Shown here: one piece after another, positions 23,396 to 33,047 of the stretch
Position numbering within the stretch: position 1 is the first letter of the stretch
Layout of the letters: every line of letters starts with the position of its first letter
Assembly: GCA_963809485.1 (NCBI GenBank)
Contig: CAWEJX010000007.1
Span: 320,001 to 384,000, forward strand
DNA length: 64,000 nt
Direction of reading: 5' to 3'
From: an uncultured Acidobacteriota bacterium
Lineage (GTDB): Bacteria > Acidobacteriota > UBA6911
Program-made: the position numbers and the translations under genes
Notes under the pieces: model-generated
What the model was told of the DNA's origin: nothing
Database searches by the model: none
What the model saw: the letters and a program-made list of their open reading frames with translations, nothing else

Positions 23396-24286
23396 CTATG
23401 AGGCCTGCTGCGGATGCTGCATCAGTTCGATAAATTTAAGTGCGGCCGGGCTCAGGATCTGTTGGCTCCGGACGATTATGCCGAGCGGGCGGTAAAAACT
23501 CCTGTCGGCAAACTGGACTTGAACCAGGGCGCCGCTCTGGACTTCCTTCTGAGCGCTCAACAGCGGCACAATCGACACTCCCGCCCCGATTTCAACGCTG
23601 CGCTTGATGGTCTCGATATTGTCGAATTCCATGGCAATCTGCACCTGGATTTTATTCTCCTTGAAAATGCGGTCCAGGGCGCGCCGGCTTGCCATTGTTT
23701 TGCCGAAGGCCACAAAGTTTTGCCCGTTCAGCTTGCTGATGTCTATCTGATGCCGGCGGGCAAGAGGGTGGTCCGGGGTACAGATGAGCACCAGTTTGTC
23801 TGCCGGAAGAGAGATGATGCGGAGTCCCTTGCGGCGCTCCGGGTATGTCACGATTCCAAGATCGATGGCGCCCCTGAGGCAATCCTCGTAGACCTGGGAA
23901 CCCTGGCTGAATTCGACATGGAGGTTGACTTTCGGGTAGATTTTGAGGAAGGTCTTGACCACAATTGAAATTTCATAAAGCCCAACGCTGTAAATGGTGG
24001 CGACGCGCACACTTCCTGCCATATCCTGGCCGATGGACTTCATTTCCAGCTGCATGTGTTCAAAACTGTCCAGGATCGAGCGCGAGCGCTCATAAAGCAC
24101 GCGCCCCGCAGGTGTGGGTGTCACGGTCTTACCGTCCCGTCGCAGGAGTTGGGTTTCGAAACGGGACTCCAGATTTTTGACCTGCTGGCTGACCGCCGAC
24201 TGGGTAATGAAGTTGCGCACCGCGGCGCGCGAAAAGCTTCTGCTCTCAACCAGATCACAGAACACTCTGAGGGTTTCAATCTGCAT
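23396..24286 (-). CDS. LysR family transcriptional regulator
   Basis: SFSRAAVRNFITQSAVSQQVKNLE HTH and a substrate-binding domain (ETIKRSVEIGAGVSIVP). Confidence 0.92.
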   Translation of the reverse strand: MQIETLRVFCDLVESRSFSRAAVRNFITQSAVSQQVKNLESRFETQLLRRDGKTVTPTPAGRVLYERSRSILDSFEHMQLEMKSIGQDMAGSVRVATIYSVGLYEISIVVKTFLKIYPKVNLHVEFSQGSQVYEDCLRGAIDLGIVTYPERRKGLRIISLPADKLVLICTPDHPLARRHQIDISKLNGQNFVAFGKTMASRRALDRIFKENKIQVQIAMEFDNIETIKRSVEIGAGVSIVPLLSAQKEVQSGALVQVQFADRSFYRPLGIIVRSQQILSPAALKFIELMQHPQQAS

Positions 24287-24535
24287 GGAATCCTCCGGGA
24301 GTCCGGCGGCGATTTCAGAAATCACATATTATTTTTAAGTATAAGTTACTCTGATCCATAGATCAAAGTTATTCATTTCGCTTGAGGCAGTCCGGACTCG
24401 AGAGCGCCGCAGTCGCGAGCAGGATATTTCCTGCATGGCGAGCTTCATACCCGGGCCGATGCCGGCACAAGAAAAGGCCGGCCAATTCGAGACCGGATCT
24501 GCCGATGAGGCAGTATCCGTTTGACAAATATTGGA

Positions 24536-25117
24536 TCAGGCCTTTTTCCCTGTCTTTACATCAGAGACCGGTCTGTCCACGGCCGCGTGAGGTTCCGGCG
24601 CGGACTGAAGCAGATTGACATACCGGGCCAGGACAAAACAGAGGTCGGATAGGCGGTTCAGGTATTGAAAAATCCGCGGACTGAGCGTTTCAAGCCTGGC
24701 CAGGGCGACGCACTGGCGTTCGGCGCGCCGGGCCACGGCCCGCGACAGGTGAAGAGCGGCGCCGGCGCCGGTGCCGCCCGGCAGGATGAACTTTTTCAAA
24801 GGGCTCAGGCCGCCCTCAAATCGATCGATATCATTTTCCAGCATCTGCACATCTTCATCCAGGATTTGCCGCCCTGCCGTTTCCAGCGTCCGGGGGGCGG
24901 CAAGCACCGATCCGATGATAAAAAGATCGTTTTGGATGCGCCCGAGCGTCTGATCGACTTCCGCCGGCAGGGCGTGGCTGCGGACTACGCCCAAATAAGC
25001 GTTCAGCTCATCCAGCGATCCAATCGCCTCGATGCGCAGGCAATCCTTGGCCACTCTTTCGCCCCCGATCAGTCCGGTGGTCCCATCATCGCCCGTTTTC
25101 GTGTAGATTTTGGCCAC
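24536..25117 (-). CDS. ATP:cob(I)alamin adenosyltransferase, PduO type
   Basis: KIYTKTGDDGTT, GSLDELNA, FILPGG, RRAER and YLNRLSD. Confidence 0.93.
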   Translation of the reverse strand: MAKIYTKTGDDGTTGLIGGERVAKDCLRIEAIGSLDELNAYLGVVRSHALPAEVDQTLGRIQNDLFIIGSVLAAPRTLETAGRQILDEDVQMLENDIDRFEGGLSPLKKFILPGGTGAGAALHLSRAVARRAERQCVALARLETLSPRIFQYLNRLSDLCFVLARYVNLLQSAPEPHAAVDRPVSDVKTGKKA

Positions 25118-25296
25118 AGCAAGCTCCCTGATGCCGGCGCTTGTCTCTCAGCAACTTTCTCCTGCTGCAGCGGCGCCCGGCACGCCTGATGTCGTTATGC
25201 TATCCGCAGGATAGCACAATGGGCGTCCTTGAGGGATGTCCCCAGGGTCCTGAAAGTGATTTTGGGTAAAAGCGGGAATCGGCGCGCGGCCGGACA

Positions 25297-25326
25297 TAAA
25301 CAAAAAGCGTTCCCATCGGGAACGCC
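25297..25326 (-). terminator. Intrinsic terminator of the dksA-like gene
   Basis: Minus strand GCGTTCCC-GAT-GGGAACGC followed by TTTTTGTTT. Confidence 0.7.
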
Positions 25327-25348
25327 TCAGGAACCGACCGCTACCAGA

Positions 25349-25693
25349 TCAGGCGGTCTTTTTCTCTTTGCACGCTATGCAAACGGATGTCCAGGGAACG
25401 GCTTTCAGACGAGCCAGGCTGATTTCCTCTTCGCAGATGGTGCAGATGCCGTAACTCCCGTTTTCGATCCGCTCGATGGCGGCTTCAATGGCGCGCAGCA
25501 ATTTCGCGTCTATCTGAAGCAGACGGAGATTCACATGGACTTCGTTGTCGTCGCTGGCCTGGTCCACAAAATCCCCATGCCGCGTATCTTCCATGTTTTC
25601 CCAGTGGGCTTTCTTTCCCGGTGCATTAATAATGATGGAGTCCCGCTTCTGCTCGAGGGCTATTTTGAACCTTTTAAGATCCTTTTTGTTCAT
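25349..25693 (-). CDS. DksA/TraR family C4 zinc-finger protein
   Basis: DFVDQA (DxxDxA) motif and YGICTICEEEISLARLKAVPWTSVCIAC. Confidence 0.9.
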   Translation of the reverse strand: MNKKDLKRFKIALEQKRDSIIINAPGKKAHWENMEDTRHGDFVDQASDDNEVHVNLRLLQIDAKLLRAIEAAIERIENGSYGICTICEEEISLARLKAVPWTSVCIACKEKKTA

Positions 25694-25855
25694 AAGCAGA
25701 GCCTCTGGTCAAAACAATAAACTATAGACCAAAAAGGGCCGCGTGTAAACCATTTCTAACTTGCCGGCCGGATTGCATTTTGACGGTGTTTTCGCACCCA
25801 ATCCCGGGAGAGGGCAAAGCCAATGCGGGGCCGCAAGCCGCAAATCTCCGGGCAT

Positions 25856-25952
25856 TCATCAGCGCTTTTGTCCGCGTGCGTCGGCGTTCAATGATCCTGG
25901 AACTGTCAAACTCTGTGAGTCGCCCGGCAGAGCTGGGGATTACCAGTTTATT
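25856..25952 (+). mobile_element. Dispersed element family B copy (10-mer repeats + IS200-like end)
   Basis: Near-identical to 57611..57707, sharing CAATGATCCTGGAACTGTCAAACTC.GTGAGTC.CCCGGCAG.GCTG..GGATTACC.GTTTATT. Confidence 0.65.
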
Positions 25953-26865
25953 TAAAAGTCAATTCGTAGGCAGGAATGATCTCTACCGGGTGATAGGACA
26001 GTTTTGCGTCGCGCAGGCCCGCATCTCCCATATCTTCCTCGCGATTGATGAATTCGAACCCCCGGGCCGCGATGACTTTTGCGGTTTCCCAGTTAATAAC
26101 CTGGTAGAGTCCCTTATAGCTGCGCAGAGCCCGCTCGAAATGTATCGCAACAACCGCAGGGCTGATTGCCTCATAGATGGAGAAAGCCACCGGCTTGCCC
26201 TGGACGAATATAAGCAGCCCCTGCTGGTCAAAATGCTCGAAATGACGGAGGGTGCACTCCAGCGCTTCCAATTCACGCTTCAGCATCCCTTCCACGACCG
26301 GGCGCTCTTCCTCCAAAATCGATTGAAGGACATTGAAGCAGGCATCGATATTCGACGCGGTGAGAGATTCGCACGACCAGGTGTACAGGCTTGTTGCCTG
26401 AGACAACAGGTTGCGCTTTTTGGAATACTTGCGCCCGGCCAGCTGGGCCAGCGCTTTCGCGCTATAAAGATAGTTGGAGACTGCCCGATCCTCCGCGGCC
26501 GAAAAGAAGCCGGCGAAATCGGGATTCTGCTTCAGAAATTGACCGGATACGCCGATGATTTTCAGCACATATTTCAAATGAGCGGCTTCCCGAACGATCG
26601 CCTGAGCCAAATCGGCCGGCAACACTCCCACGGGCTGCAGCAAATGGGTGTGCGGATCAGGATCAAGAACGCAGGAAACAAGCAGGGTTTCCGGTGCGCC
26701 GAACGCCCACCTGTAGTGGAAAAAAGGCTTCCAGGCTGCCAGGGTAGCCAGGGAGTAGCCGGTCAGAGGCTGCGGGTGCCGCTTGAGAAAATCCGCCAGC
26801 AGCCGGTGGTTGCCTGGCTCAACAGCCTTGAATTCGAGGCCCAGAAAAGAATGCTCACTCATCAT
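25948..26865 (-). CDS. DUF2156 / aminoacyl-PG synthase C-terminal-like protein
   Basis: NYLY...LAGRKYSKKRN, IHFERA, GLYQVIN and INREEDMGDAGLRDAKLSYHP. ATGA overlap with the GNAT gene. Confidence 0.85.
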   Translation of the reverse strand: MMSEHSFLGLEFKAVEPGNHRLLADFLKRHPQPLTGYSLATLAAWKPFFHYRWAFGAPETLLVSCVLDPDPHTHLLQPVGVLPADLAQAIVREAAHLKYVLKIIGVSGQFLKQNPDFAGFFSAAEDRAVSNYLYSAKALAQLAGRKYSKKRNLLSQATSLYTWSCESLTASNIDACFNVLQSILEEERPVVEGMLKRELEALECTLRHFEHFDQQGLLIFVQGKPVAFSIYEAISPAVVAIHFERALRSYKGLYQVINWETAKVIAARGFEFINREEDMGDAGLRDAKLSYHPVEIIPAYELTFK

Positions 26866-27278
26866 CGCTTGCCATAAAGCATGGGCTGATAATCGACCAG
26901 CGGCCCGAATCCAAGTTCCTCGTAGAAGCCCTGGGTGCCGGGCTCGGCGACAAGGCCGATCCAGCCGATCTTTCGGGCCAGGCAGAACTGAGTGAGCCTC
27001 TGAATGAGTTCGCGTCCGATACCCTGTTGGCGATGGGAGCCGAGAACGGTCACGTCCTGGATATAGGCATCGCTGCAGCCGTCGGAGATCACGCGTCCCA
27101 TACCAATGATGCGCCCGTCGAGGGTCCGGGCGACCATGAAGCAAAGGCTGCCGCGGATCATCGCAGGGATGACGGCACGGGCCTCAGGGCTTTCCTGCCA
27201 CCATCCGGCCGACCGGTAAAGCTCCACAATTTCGTCAACGGGCGCCGATATTACCGCCTCGTACTCCACTTCGCTCAT
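26862..27278 (-). CDS. GNAT family N-acetyltransferase
   Basis: IGMGRVISDG, AYIQDVTV, HRQQGIGREL and FYEELGF. Confidence 0.9.
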   Translation of the reverse strand: MSEVEYEAVISAPVDEIVELYRSAGWWQESPEARAVIPAMIRGSLCFMVARTLDGRIIGMGRVISDGCSDAYIQDVTVLGSHRQQGIGRELIQRLTQFCLARKIGWIGLVAEPGTQGFYEELGFGPLVDYQPMLYGKR

Positions 27279-27475
27279 ATAGAATCCTTTCCCATGCCCG
27301 CAAGCGAAAGAAAAACTTCCGAACCCCGGCTGCTGTTTCAGAAGGTCGGACCCCGGAAGCTATGTTCCATGCTCCCGCTGCCTGCTATGTCTGGATACGG
27401 CGGCCTCCTCAAGCTCCCATAAGCCAATGGAGTTCCAGACGCCCCGGCAATGGGCCAATGCGCCGCTGCTGCATT

Positions 27476-28426
27476 TTAAAATGGAAGAGATTCCCCGGTC
27501 CCGGTTTTCACGGCCTGTTCGTAGATCCTTGCGGCCAGCGCAACATCTTCCAGAGCGATTCCCTGGGACTCAAAAAGAGTGATTTCGCCCGCATCTTCAC
27601 GTCCGGGGAAATCCCCCAGCACCACAAGCCCAAGCTCGCGGGCATCTTCCCAGTAGAAATCGCCGGTTTCAGCGGCGCGCACGAGATCTCCGGATTCCAG
27701 CATCGCCTGTTCACGGGAGTCCACGACTACGCACGCGCTTTTGCCCACGGTTTCCGTATCGATTTCCTGCCGGGAGATAAAATTTGCGCCGATAGCATTG
27801 ATGTGTGTCCCTTTGGACACCCATTCTGCTTTGAAAACAGGTTCCTTGGAAGTGGTAGCCGTGACAAGGATGTCTGATTCCCGGACCGCCTCTTCCGGAC
27901 TGGCAGCCGGCCGAACGTCGATTCCAATGCTGGCAGCCATTTCTTTGCAGAACTGAGCGCGCTTATCGGAATTTCTCGAATAAGCAAGAACCAGGTTGAT
28001 GGGGCGAACGGCGCAAATTGCCTGAACCTGGGTACGTGCCTGCAAACCGGTACCCAAAATGCCAAGCCTGGCGGAATCCTGCCGGGCCATATATTTGGTT
28101 GCCACAGCCGAGGCAGCCCCGGTTCTGAGCTGACCGAGCCTGTCGGCTTCCATTAAAGCAACCAGCCGGCCGTCGCCTTGATAAAGCAAAACCATAAACC
28201 GGTTCACCCCTGAAACGCTGGTGTAACTTTTAAGCCCGGCGTAACCCTGGCCCGGCAGAGATGCGCTCATCACGTGAAGCATTCCATGATCCACCCTGCA
28301 ACGGCGCCTGGGGGCTATATCCGCTTTCTGCTCACCCTGAGACTTAAATGCCTGCTCGACTGCCTCAATGGCCATGCTCATAGTGGCCAGCTTCTCAACA
28401 TCCGCTTCCCGCAGCAAAATTGCCAT
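27476..28426 (-). CDS. Ornithine cyclodeaminase / mu-crystallin family protein
   Basis: LRTGAASAVATKY, GTGLQA, GTHINAIGA and ITLFESQGIALEDVA. Confidence 0.9.
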   Translation of the reverse strand: MAILLREADVEKLATMSMAIEAVEQAFKSQGEQKADIAPRRRCRVDHGMLHVMSASLPGQGYAGLKSYTSVSGVNRFMVLLYQGDGRLVALMEADRLGQLRTGAASAVATKYMARQDSARLGILGTGLQARTQVQAICAVRPINLVLAYSRNSDKRAQFCKEMAASIGIDVRPAASPEEAVRESDILVTATTSKEPVFKAEWVSKGTHINAIGANFISRQEIDTETVGKSACVVVDSREQAMLESGDLVRAAETGDFYWEDARELGLVVLGDFPGREDAGEITLFESQGIALEDVALAARIYEQAVKTGTGESLPF

Positions 28427-28891
28427 ATGCGCTCCCAGCATCCATAACCCGAAGAAAGCTACATCGCAGATTTCAATATACTTGAGCTCTTTGGCTGCTC
28501 CAAGCCCCAAAAACTAATTCTACACAGTTCCATGGACCCGGGGCAAACTCTCTGTGAGCCCGAACGTTGATAGCCCGATGAAATGCGCATTCGGATTGAA
28601 TGGTTGAATGAGGGAGGACGCAAGCCTATATTGATTGGGAGCAGAATCCGTGGCAGCGCGAGCATGCAGGAGTCTGCCCTTGCGCAGCGGAATGTCGAGG
28701 ATACGAGGAATATTTCCGGCTCGCACTTATCACACCTTTTTCGCGCCAAGTGATATGGATATTTTCGATCCGGAATCACAGGCCGCAGGCTGCGCATTGC
28801 AGCGTGTGATCTGCAACTTGTACGGACTTCCCGGATTCGCCGCAGCAGCGGAAATCCTGGGACAATGGCGCAGCAGGTCTGCGGGAAATCT

Positions 28892-30142
28892 ATGATAAGA
28901 ACGGTGCACCGGGCAAAATTTGTCCTGGCCGAACCCGACCTTCTGCTCAAAGATGCAGCGGTCCATGTCTCTGATCCCGGCCGCATTTCGCGCATCGAGC
29001 CCTGGAACAACCCGCCCGCCCATCTCCCGGTGGAAGTGGTGGATTGGGGCTCGGCGGTTATCATGCCGGGATTGGTTAATGCGCACACTCACCTTGAGCT
29101 TACGTCTCTCAGAAATGAGCTGACTCAGTTCAGCTCTTTCACCGATTGGATTTCACAGCTCGTAAGCCGGCGCAGGCTTTGGAGCCGCGACGATTTTACC
29201 CAATCCATCCGGGAAGGGGCGCGACAAGCCCTGGCCTCAGGCACAACCATGATCGGCGATATCAGCAGCGCCGGAATCGGCTTTGATGCCGCCCGGAATG
29301 CAGTGCTGCGCAGGGTGATTTTCGAGGAGGTAATGGCGTTATCGCCTGATCAGGCGGAGGATGCATTATGCAGACTGGAGCCTCTTCTTGAAACCGAGGA
29401 TCCCGGAGGGCTGCTGGAGCACGGCATTTCTCCCCACGCGCCCTATAGTGTTTCTCCCGAGCTTTACCGGCGGGCGACAGAGCTGGCGCGGCGCAAAAAG
29501 ATACCTCTGGCCACCCATGTCGCTGAAACCAGGGAAGAGCGGGAGTTCCTTCAGGAAGGGACGGGCGATTTCAGGAATTTTGCGATTGCGGCCGGCAGCT
29601 TTCCCGACGGATGGAATCCTCCCGGATTGCCCCCGGTTCCCTATTTGGACTCTCTGGGAGTGCTTGGGCCGAATTGCCTGTTAATACACTGCAATTACCT
29701 GGACAGCGAATCCATGAGCCGGATTTTGAAGGCCCGGAGCAGCGTGGTGTATTGTCCCCGCAGCCATGATTTTTTCGGCCACCCGGAGCATCCCATTCGG
29801 CAATTGCTGGATTCTGGAATCAATGTTGCTCTCGGAACCGATTCTTTGGCCAGCAATTTTTCCCTGAGCATGATTGACGAAATGCGCTTCCTGTATAAAA
29901 AGCGCAAGGACCTGAAAGCCGAGGAGATCCTTCGCGCCGCCACTCTGAATGGCGCGGCAGCCTTGGGCAACGGCGCCAGCATCGGCCGCCTGAGGCGAGG
30001 CTTTTGGGCGGATATGACCGTAATCGGGCTGCCGCCCAACCTTGGATCGCGGCAACTGTCGAATCAGGTGCTGGAGGGAGCCGGCGAGTGCATGGCCACA
30101 ATCGTTCAGGGACAGATCGCCTGGCGCAAAGAAGCTGTTTAA
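28892..30142 (+). CDS. Metal-dependent amidohydrolase (nucleoside deaminase-like, possibly aminofutalosine deaminase-like)
   Basis: PGLVNAHTHLE, SPHAPYS, THVAET, LIHCN and ALGTDSLAS. Confidence 0.85.
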   Translation: MIRTVHRAKFVLAEPDLLLKDAAVHVSDPGRISRIEPWNNPPAHLPVEVVDWGSAVIMPGLVNAHTHLELTSLRNELTQFSSFTDWISQLVSRRRLWSRDDFTQSIREGARQALASGTTMIGDISSAGIGFDAARNAVLRRVIFEEVMALSPDQAEDALCRLEPLLETEDPGGLLEHGISPHAPYSVSPELYRRATELARRKKIPLATHVAETREEREFLQEGTGDFRNFAIAAGSFPDGWNPPGLPPVPYLDSLGVLGPNCLLIHCNYLDSESMSRILKARSSVVYCPRSHDFFGHPEHPIRQLLDSGINVALGTDSLASNFSLSMIDEMRFLYKKRKDLKAEEILRAATLNGAAALGNGASIGRLRRGFWADMTVIGLPPNLGSRQLSNQVLEGAGECMATIVQGQIAWRKEAV

Positions 30143-30163
30143 TATCTACGATCCTGGGGCTCT

Positions 30164-30640
30164 ATGATCAGAAAATCTATGTTCTTGGGACTGACGCTGG
30201 TGCTGGTGGTCGCGCTCGTCTATCTGGTTATCAGGGGGCGGCAGGCAGAAAAGGAGCAGGCAGGCAAGCCCGTGGAGATTGTCCAGAAATCAAAATCCAC
30301 ACCCACACGGGAGTTGGGGCCGACGGATCTTGAAGTCGTGGAGTCGGGCATGGGTTTGCAGGAAGGAGGCACGGAGGGAGATCAGGCGCGGACTGCCCAC
30401 CACCAGATCGCGATACGCAACAACGGACAGTCAGCATACGGTGAGATACAGCTGAGGTTTTCCTACCTGGATCGCGGCGGAAAAGTTTTGGTTGCCAGGA
30501 TGCATTCCATCACTCAGGGCATAAAGGCCGGAGAAACATTGAGAGTTGCCGACATTGCAATCGGCGATTTGCCGGCAGCGGCGGCCGGCTCCCGGGCTGA
30601 AATCGCCTCCGCAGATCTGGCGCCCACAGAGGGACGCTGA
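30164..30640 (+). CDS. Membrane-anchored FxLYD-like domain protein
   Basis: N-terminal TM segment and IRNNG...LRFSYLDRGGKVL, an FxLYD-like beta sandwich. Confidence 0.65.
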   Translation: MIRKSMFLGLTLVLVVALVYLVIRGRQAEKEQAGKPVEIVQKSKSTPTRELGPTDLEVVESGMGLQEGGTEGDQARTAHHQIAIRNNGQSAYGEIQLRFSYLDRGGKVLVARMHSITQGIKAGETLRVADIAIGDLPAAAAGSRAEIASADLAPTEGR

Positions 30641-30805
30641 TCTTCTGAGCCGGGGTACCCCATGCCCGCTCTGTTTTGGGCAAGGCATAGGTTCGCTGTT
30701 TCTTATGTCGTCGTCAATAATTGACAGGAAAATCCCGCTGTGGTAATGTGCAGGCACATGGTAAATGAATTCGGGGTAGATCTCTGTGCCAAAGGACACT
30801 GGCGG

Positions 30806-32572
30806 ATGAAAAGCCTCTCCCGATTTCTCATTCTGTTTGGCTTGTCCATTTTGCTTCTTCCTGCAAGCATGGCAGAGGCGAAGGGAAACGGCCGCGTAAC
30901 CGGAAATATCAGAAGCATGTCCGGCAGCCCGCTGCGTGACGCCGTGATCAAAGTCATCGAGGCCGCGCAACAGGGTGAAGCGCTTCTGGTAGCTCGAAGC
31001 GACAGCCGCGGCTTTTTCAAATCGGCAAATCTGAACCCCGGGGATTATTACCTGGAAGTCACGCGTCCGGGCTACCAGACGGTTACCACAGACAGATTTA
31101 CCATCGATCCGGGGCGCACGACCTCACTCGACATCGTTCTTCAGGAATTCATCGGATATATCTCCAACAACGACGATCCCCGCAACTGGAACCTGAAAAC
31201 CGTGATGCGGAGTTCATCCGACCGCCGCCTGATTTTCCGCGGTCTTTCGGATGACGGCATGCCGGTTGAGAAGCAGCCCACCCCGTTTTATCGCAGCGGC
31301 GCGATGAACATAGCGTCTTATTCCGCGTCCAGCGGATCAAGCTACCTGATCCGTCCGCAAAGCAGTCAAACCGGGATTACGTCCAATTTCGCCATCACTG
31401 AGCCGGTCAGCCCGCATAGCCGTATGATTCTTTCGGGCCAGGCCGATTTCGGCGGCGGCGCATTCTGGAGGCTGCGGAACACATACAATTACCGGCCCGA
31501 TGACGCCCATGATTACAGGATCTCCATGGGCTATGGCCGCGTGGACTTGAATTACCCGGGATCGGCTTCGGTCACTTCGCGGGTTCTGCCGGGACACTCG
31601 GAATACCGCCAGGCGGGGGTTGAGACGATTGCTTTGGGCCTGGAAGGCAGCACGCAGCTTCTCGACCTGTTGTCCGTCAAATATGGCCTCGACTACTCAC
31701 GGCTCAATTACGGGACGTCGAAGAGCTTTTTCTACCCTTCCATTCAGATCCTGATCACTCCCATGGAAGGCTGGAGCGTCCGGACCTCCTTCACTTCAAG
31801 GCGTTCAAGCGATACAAACAGCGTTGTGCTGCCGGACGGAGAAGTCCTGGATTTGTCGGAGCCGACCATTATTACCATGGTGGGCGACCGGGTGAGCATG
31901 AGCCAGGTCACGCACTCCGAGATCTCCGTGCAAAGGGAAATGACGCCGGATACCGGATTCGAGGTGGCCGTTTATCAGGACCGCTTACAGGGGCAGGGTC
32001 TTCCCTTGATGGTCACAACGATCACTCCCGAAGAGAACCGGTCCCGCGTCATGGAAATTGGCGAAGACCATTCGCTCCAGAGAGGCCTCCGCGTAACGAT
32101 TAATCGAAAGATCCTGGACCGCCTGAACGGGTCCCTGGCTTACGGCTACGGAACAGCCACCAGCCTGTCGGACATCGACGATTTTCTATCGAGCGGCGCT
32201 TTGAACGGAAATCTTCTTCGCTATACCCGCCAGCAGTATCAGCATGCGATTACGGGCCAGCTCGATGCCATAATCCCGCTCACCAAAACCAACTTGCGGG
32301 CGACGGTCCGATGGTATCCCGGAAATCCGCTGACTCCCATCGATTGGTTCTCGGATCGAATGGATATCGGAACCAAGTCGACTAACCTTGAAATTCGCCA
32401 AGCCTTCCCATTGCCTGAATTCATGGGCAATGCCGGGCACTGGGAAATTCTGATCGACTTGCGCAACATTCTGAATCAGGGAAAGGAAGTGATGCCCATT
32501 CCGGATGGAGAGATCGCCCTGAATCGGAATCCGCGCTCCATGCGGTTTGGCCTGAACCTCAATTTCCGCTAA
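30806..32572 (+). CDS. Outer-membrane beta-barrel protein with N-terminal carboxypeptidase-regulatory-like domain
   Basis: Signal peptide, GRVTG...SDSRGFF...LNPGDYYLEVTRPGYQ domain, amphipathic beta strands, and C-terminus PRSMRFGLNLNFR. Confidence 0.7.
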   Translation: MKSLSRFLILFGLSILLLPASMAEAKGNGRVTGNIRSMSGSPLRDAVIKVIEAAQQGEALLVARSDSRGFFKSANLNPGDYYLEVTRPGYQTVTTDRFTIDPGRTTSLDIVLQEFIGYISNNDDPRNWNLKTVMRSSSDRRLIFRGLSDDGMPVEKQPTPFYRSGAMNIASYSASSGSSYLIRPQSSQTGITSNFAITEPVSPHSRMILSGQADFGGGAFWRLRNTYNYRPDDAHDYRISMGYGRVDLNYPGSASVTSRVLPGHSEYRQAGVETIALGLEGSTQLLDLLSVKYGLDYSRLNYGTSKSFFYPSIQILITPMEGWSVRTSFTSRRSSDTNSVVLPDGEVLDLSEPTIITMVGDRVSMSQVTHSEISVQREMTPDTGFEVAVYQDRLQGQGLPLMVTTITPEENRSRVMEIGEDHSLQRGLRVTINRKILDRLNGSLAYGYGTATSLSDIDDFLSSGALNGNLLRYTRQQYQHAITGQLDAIIPLTKTNLRATVRWYPGNPLTPIDWFSDRMDIGTKSTNLEIRQAFPLPEFMGNAGHWEILIDLRNILNQGKEVMPIPDGEIALNRNPRSMRFGLNLNFR

Positions 32573-32779
32573 AAACCCCATCCTCAACAAAAAGCTTAGC
32601 CCGACTCCCGTGATGGTATAGGCATGGCCTTAATCCTAAGTTCTCAGGGGCCTTAGCGGCAACGCGTCACAGCCCGGGATGAGTTTATTGAATTTGGGCT
32701 TCAACCTTAGACACAACCTACCGGATCCGAACTGCACTTCTCTGATTTTGGCTGCACGCGAAGATTGGATTCATCATCT

Positions 32780-32813
32780 TCCGGCAGAGCCGGTGGAACT
32801 CGCCTTGGATTAG
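32780..32813 (+). repeat. Solo terminal hairpin of element family A
   Basis: CCGGCAGAGCCGGTGGAACTCGCCTTGGATTAG resembles the 3' ends at 23327 and 37519. Confidence 0.55.
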
Positions 32814-32988
32814 GGTAGGAGCATTTTCCCTTGCACGGTATTCGCTCATGGTTCAAAATATTGGATTAAACAATTCAAGTAGTTGGAGTATACTCCGCGC
32901 AATCTGGGGCATTTTGGCTTGATCCACTGTAAAACTATTGATTTCAAGAATATATCTCAACCGAAGACCTGCCTTCAGGGCATGTCTA

Positions 32989-33004
32989 TGGCATGTAAAT
33001 TGCA
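32989..33004 (+). promoter_or_regulatory. Sigma54 (-24/-12) promoter
   Basis: TGGCATGTAAATTGCA matches TGGCAY-N5-TTGCA, about 45 bp upstream of the kinase ATG. Confidence 0.75.
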
Positions 33005-33047
33005 TATCCAAGCCTTGCTGACATTCCAGCTGAACGAGATAGTCTCA

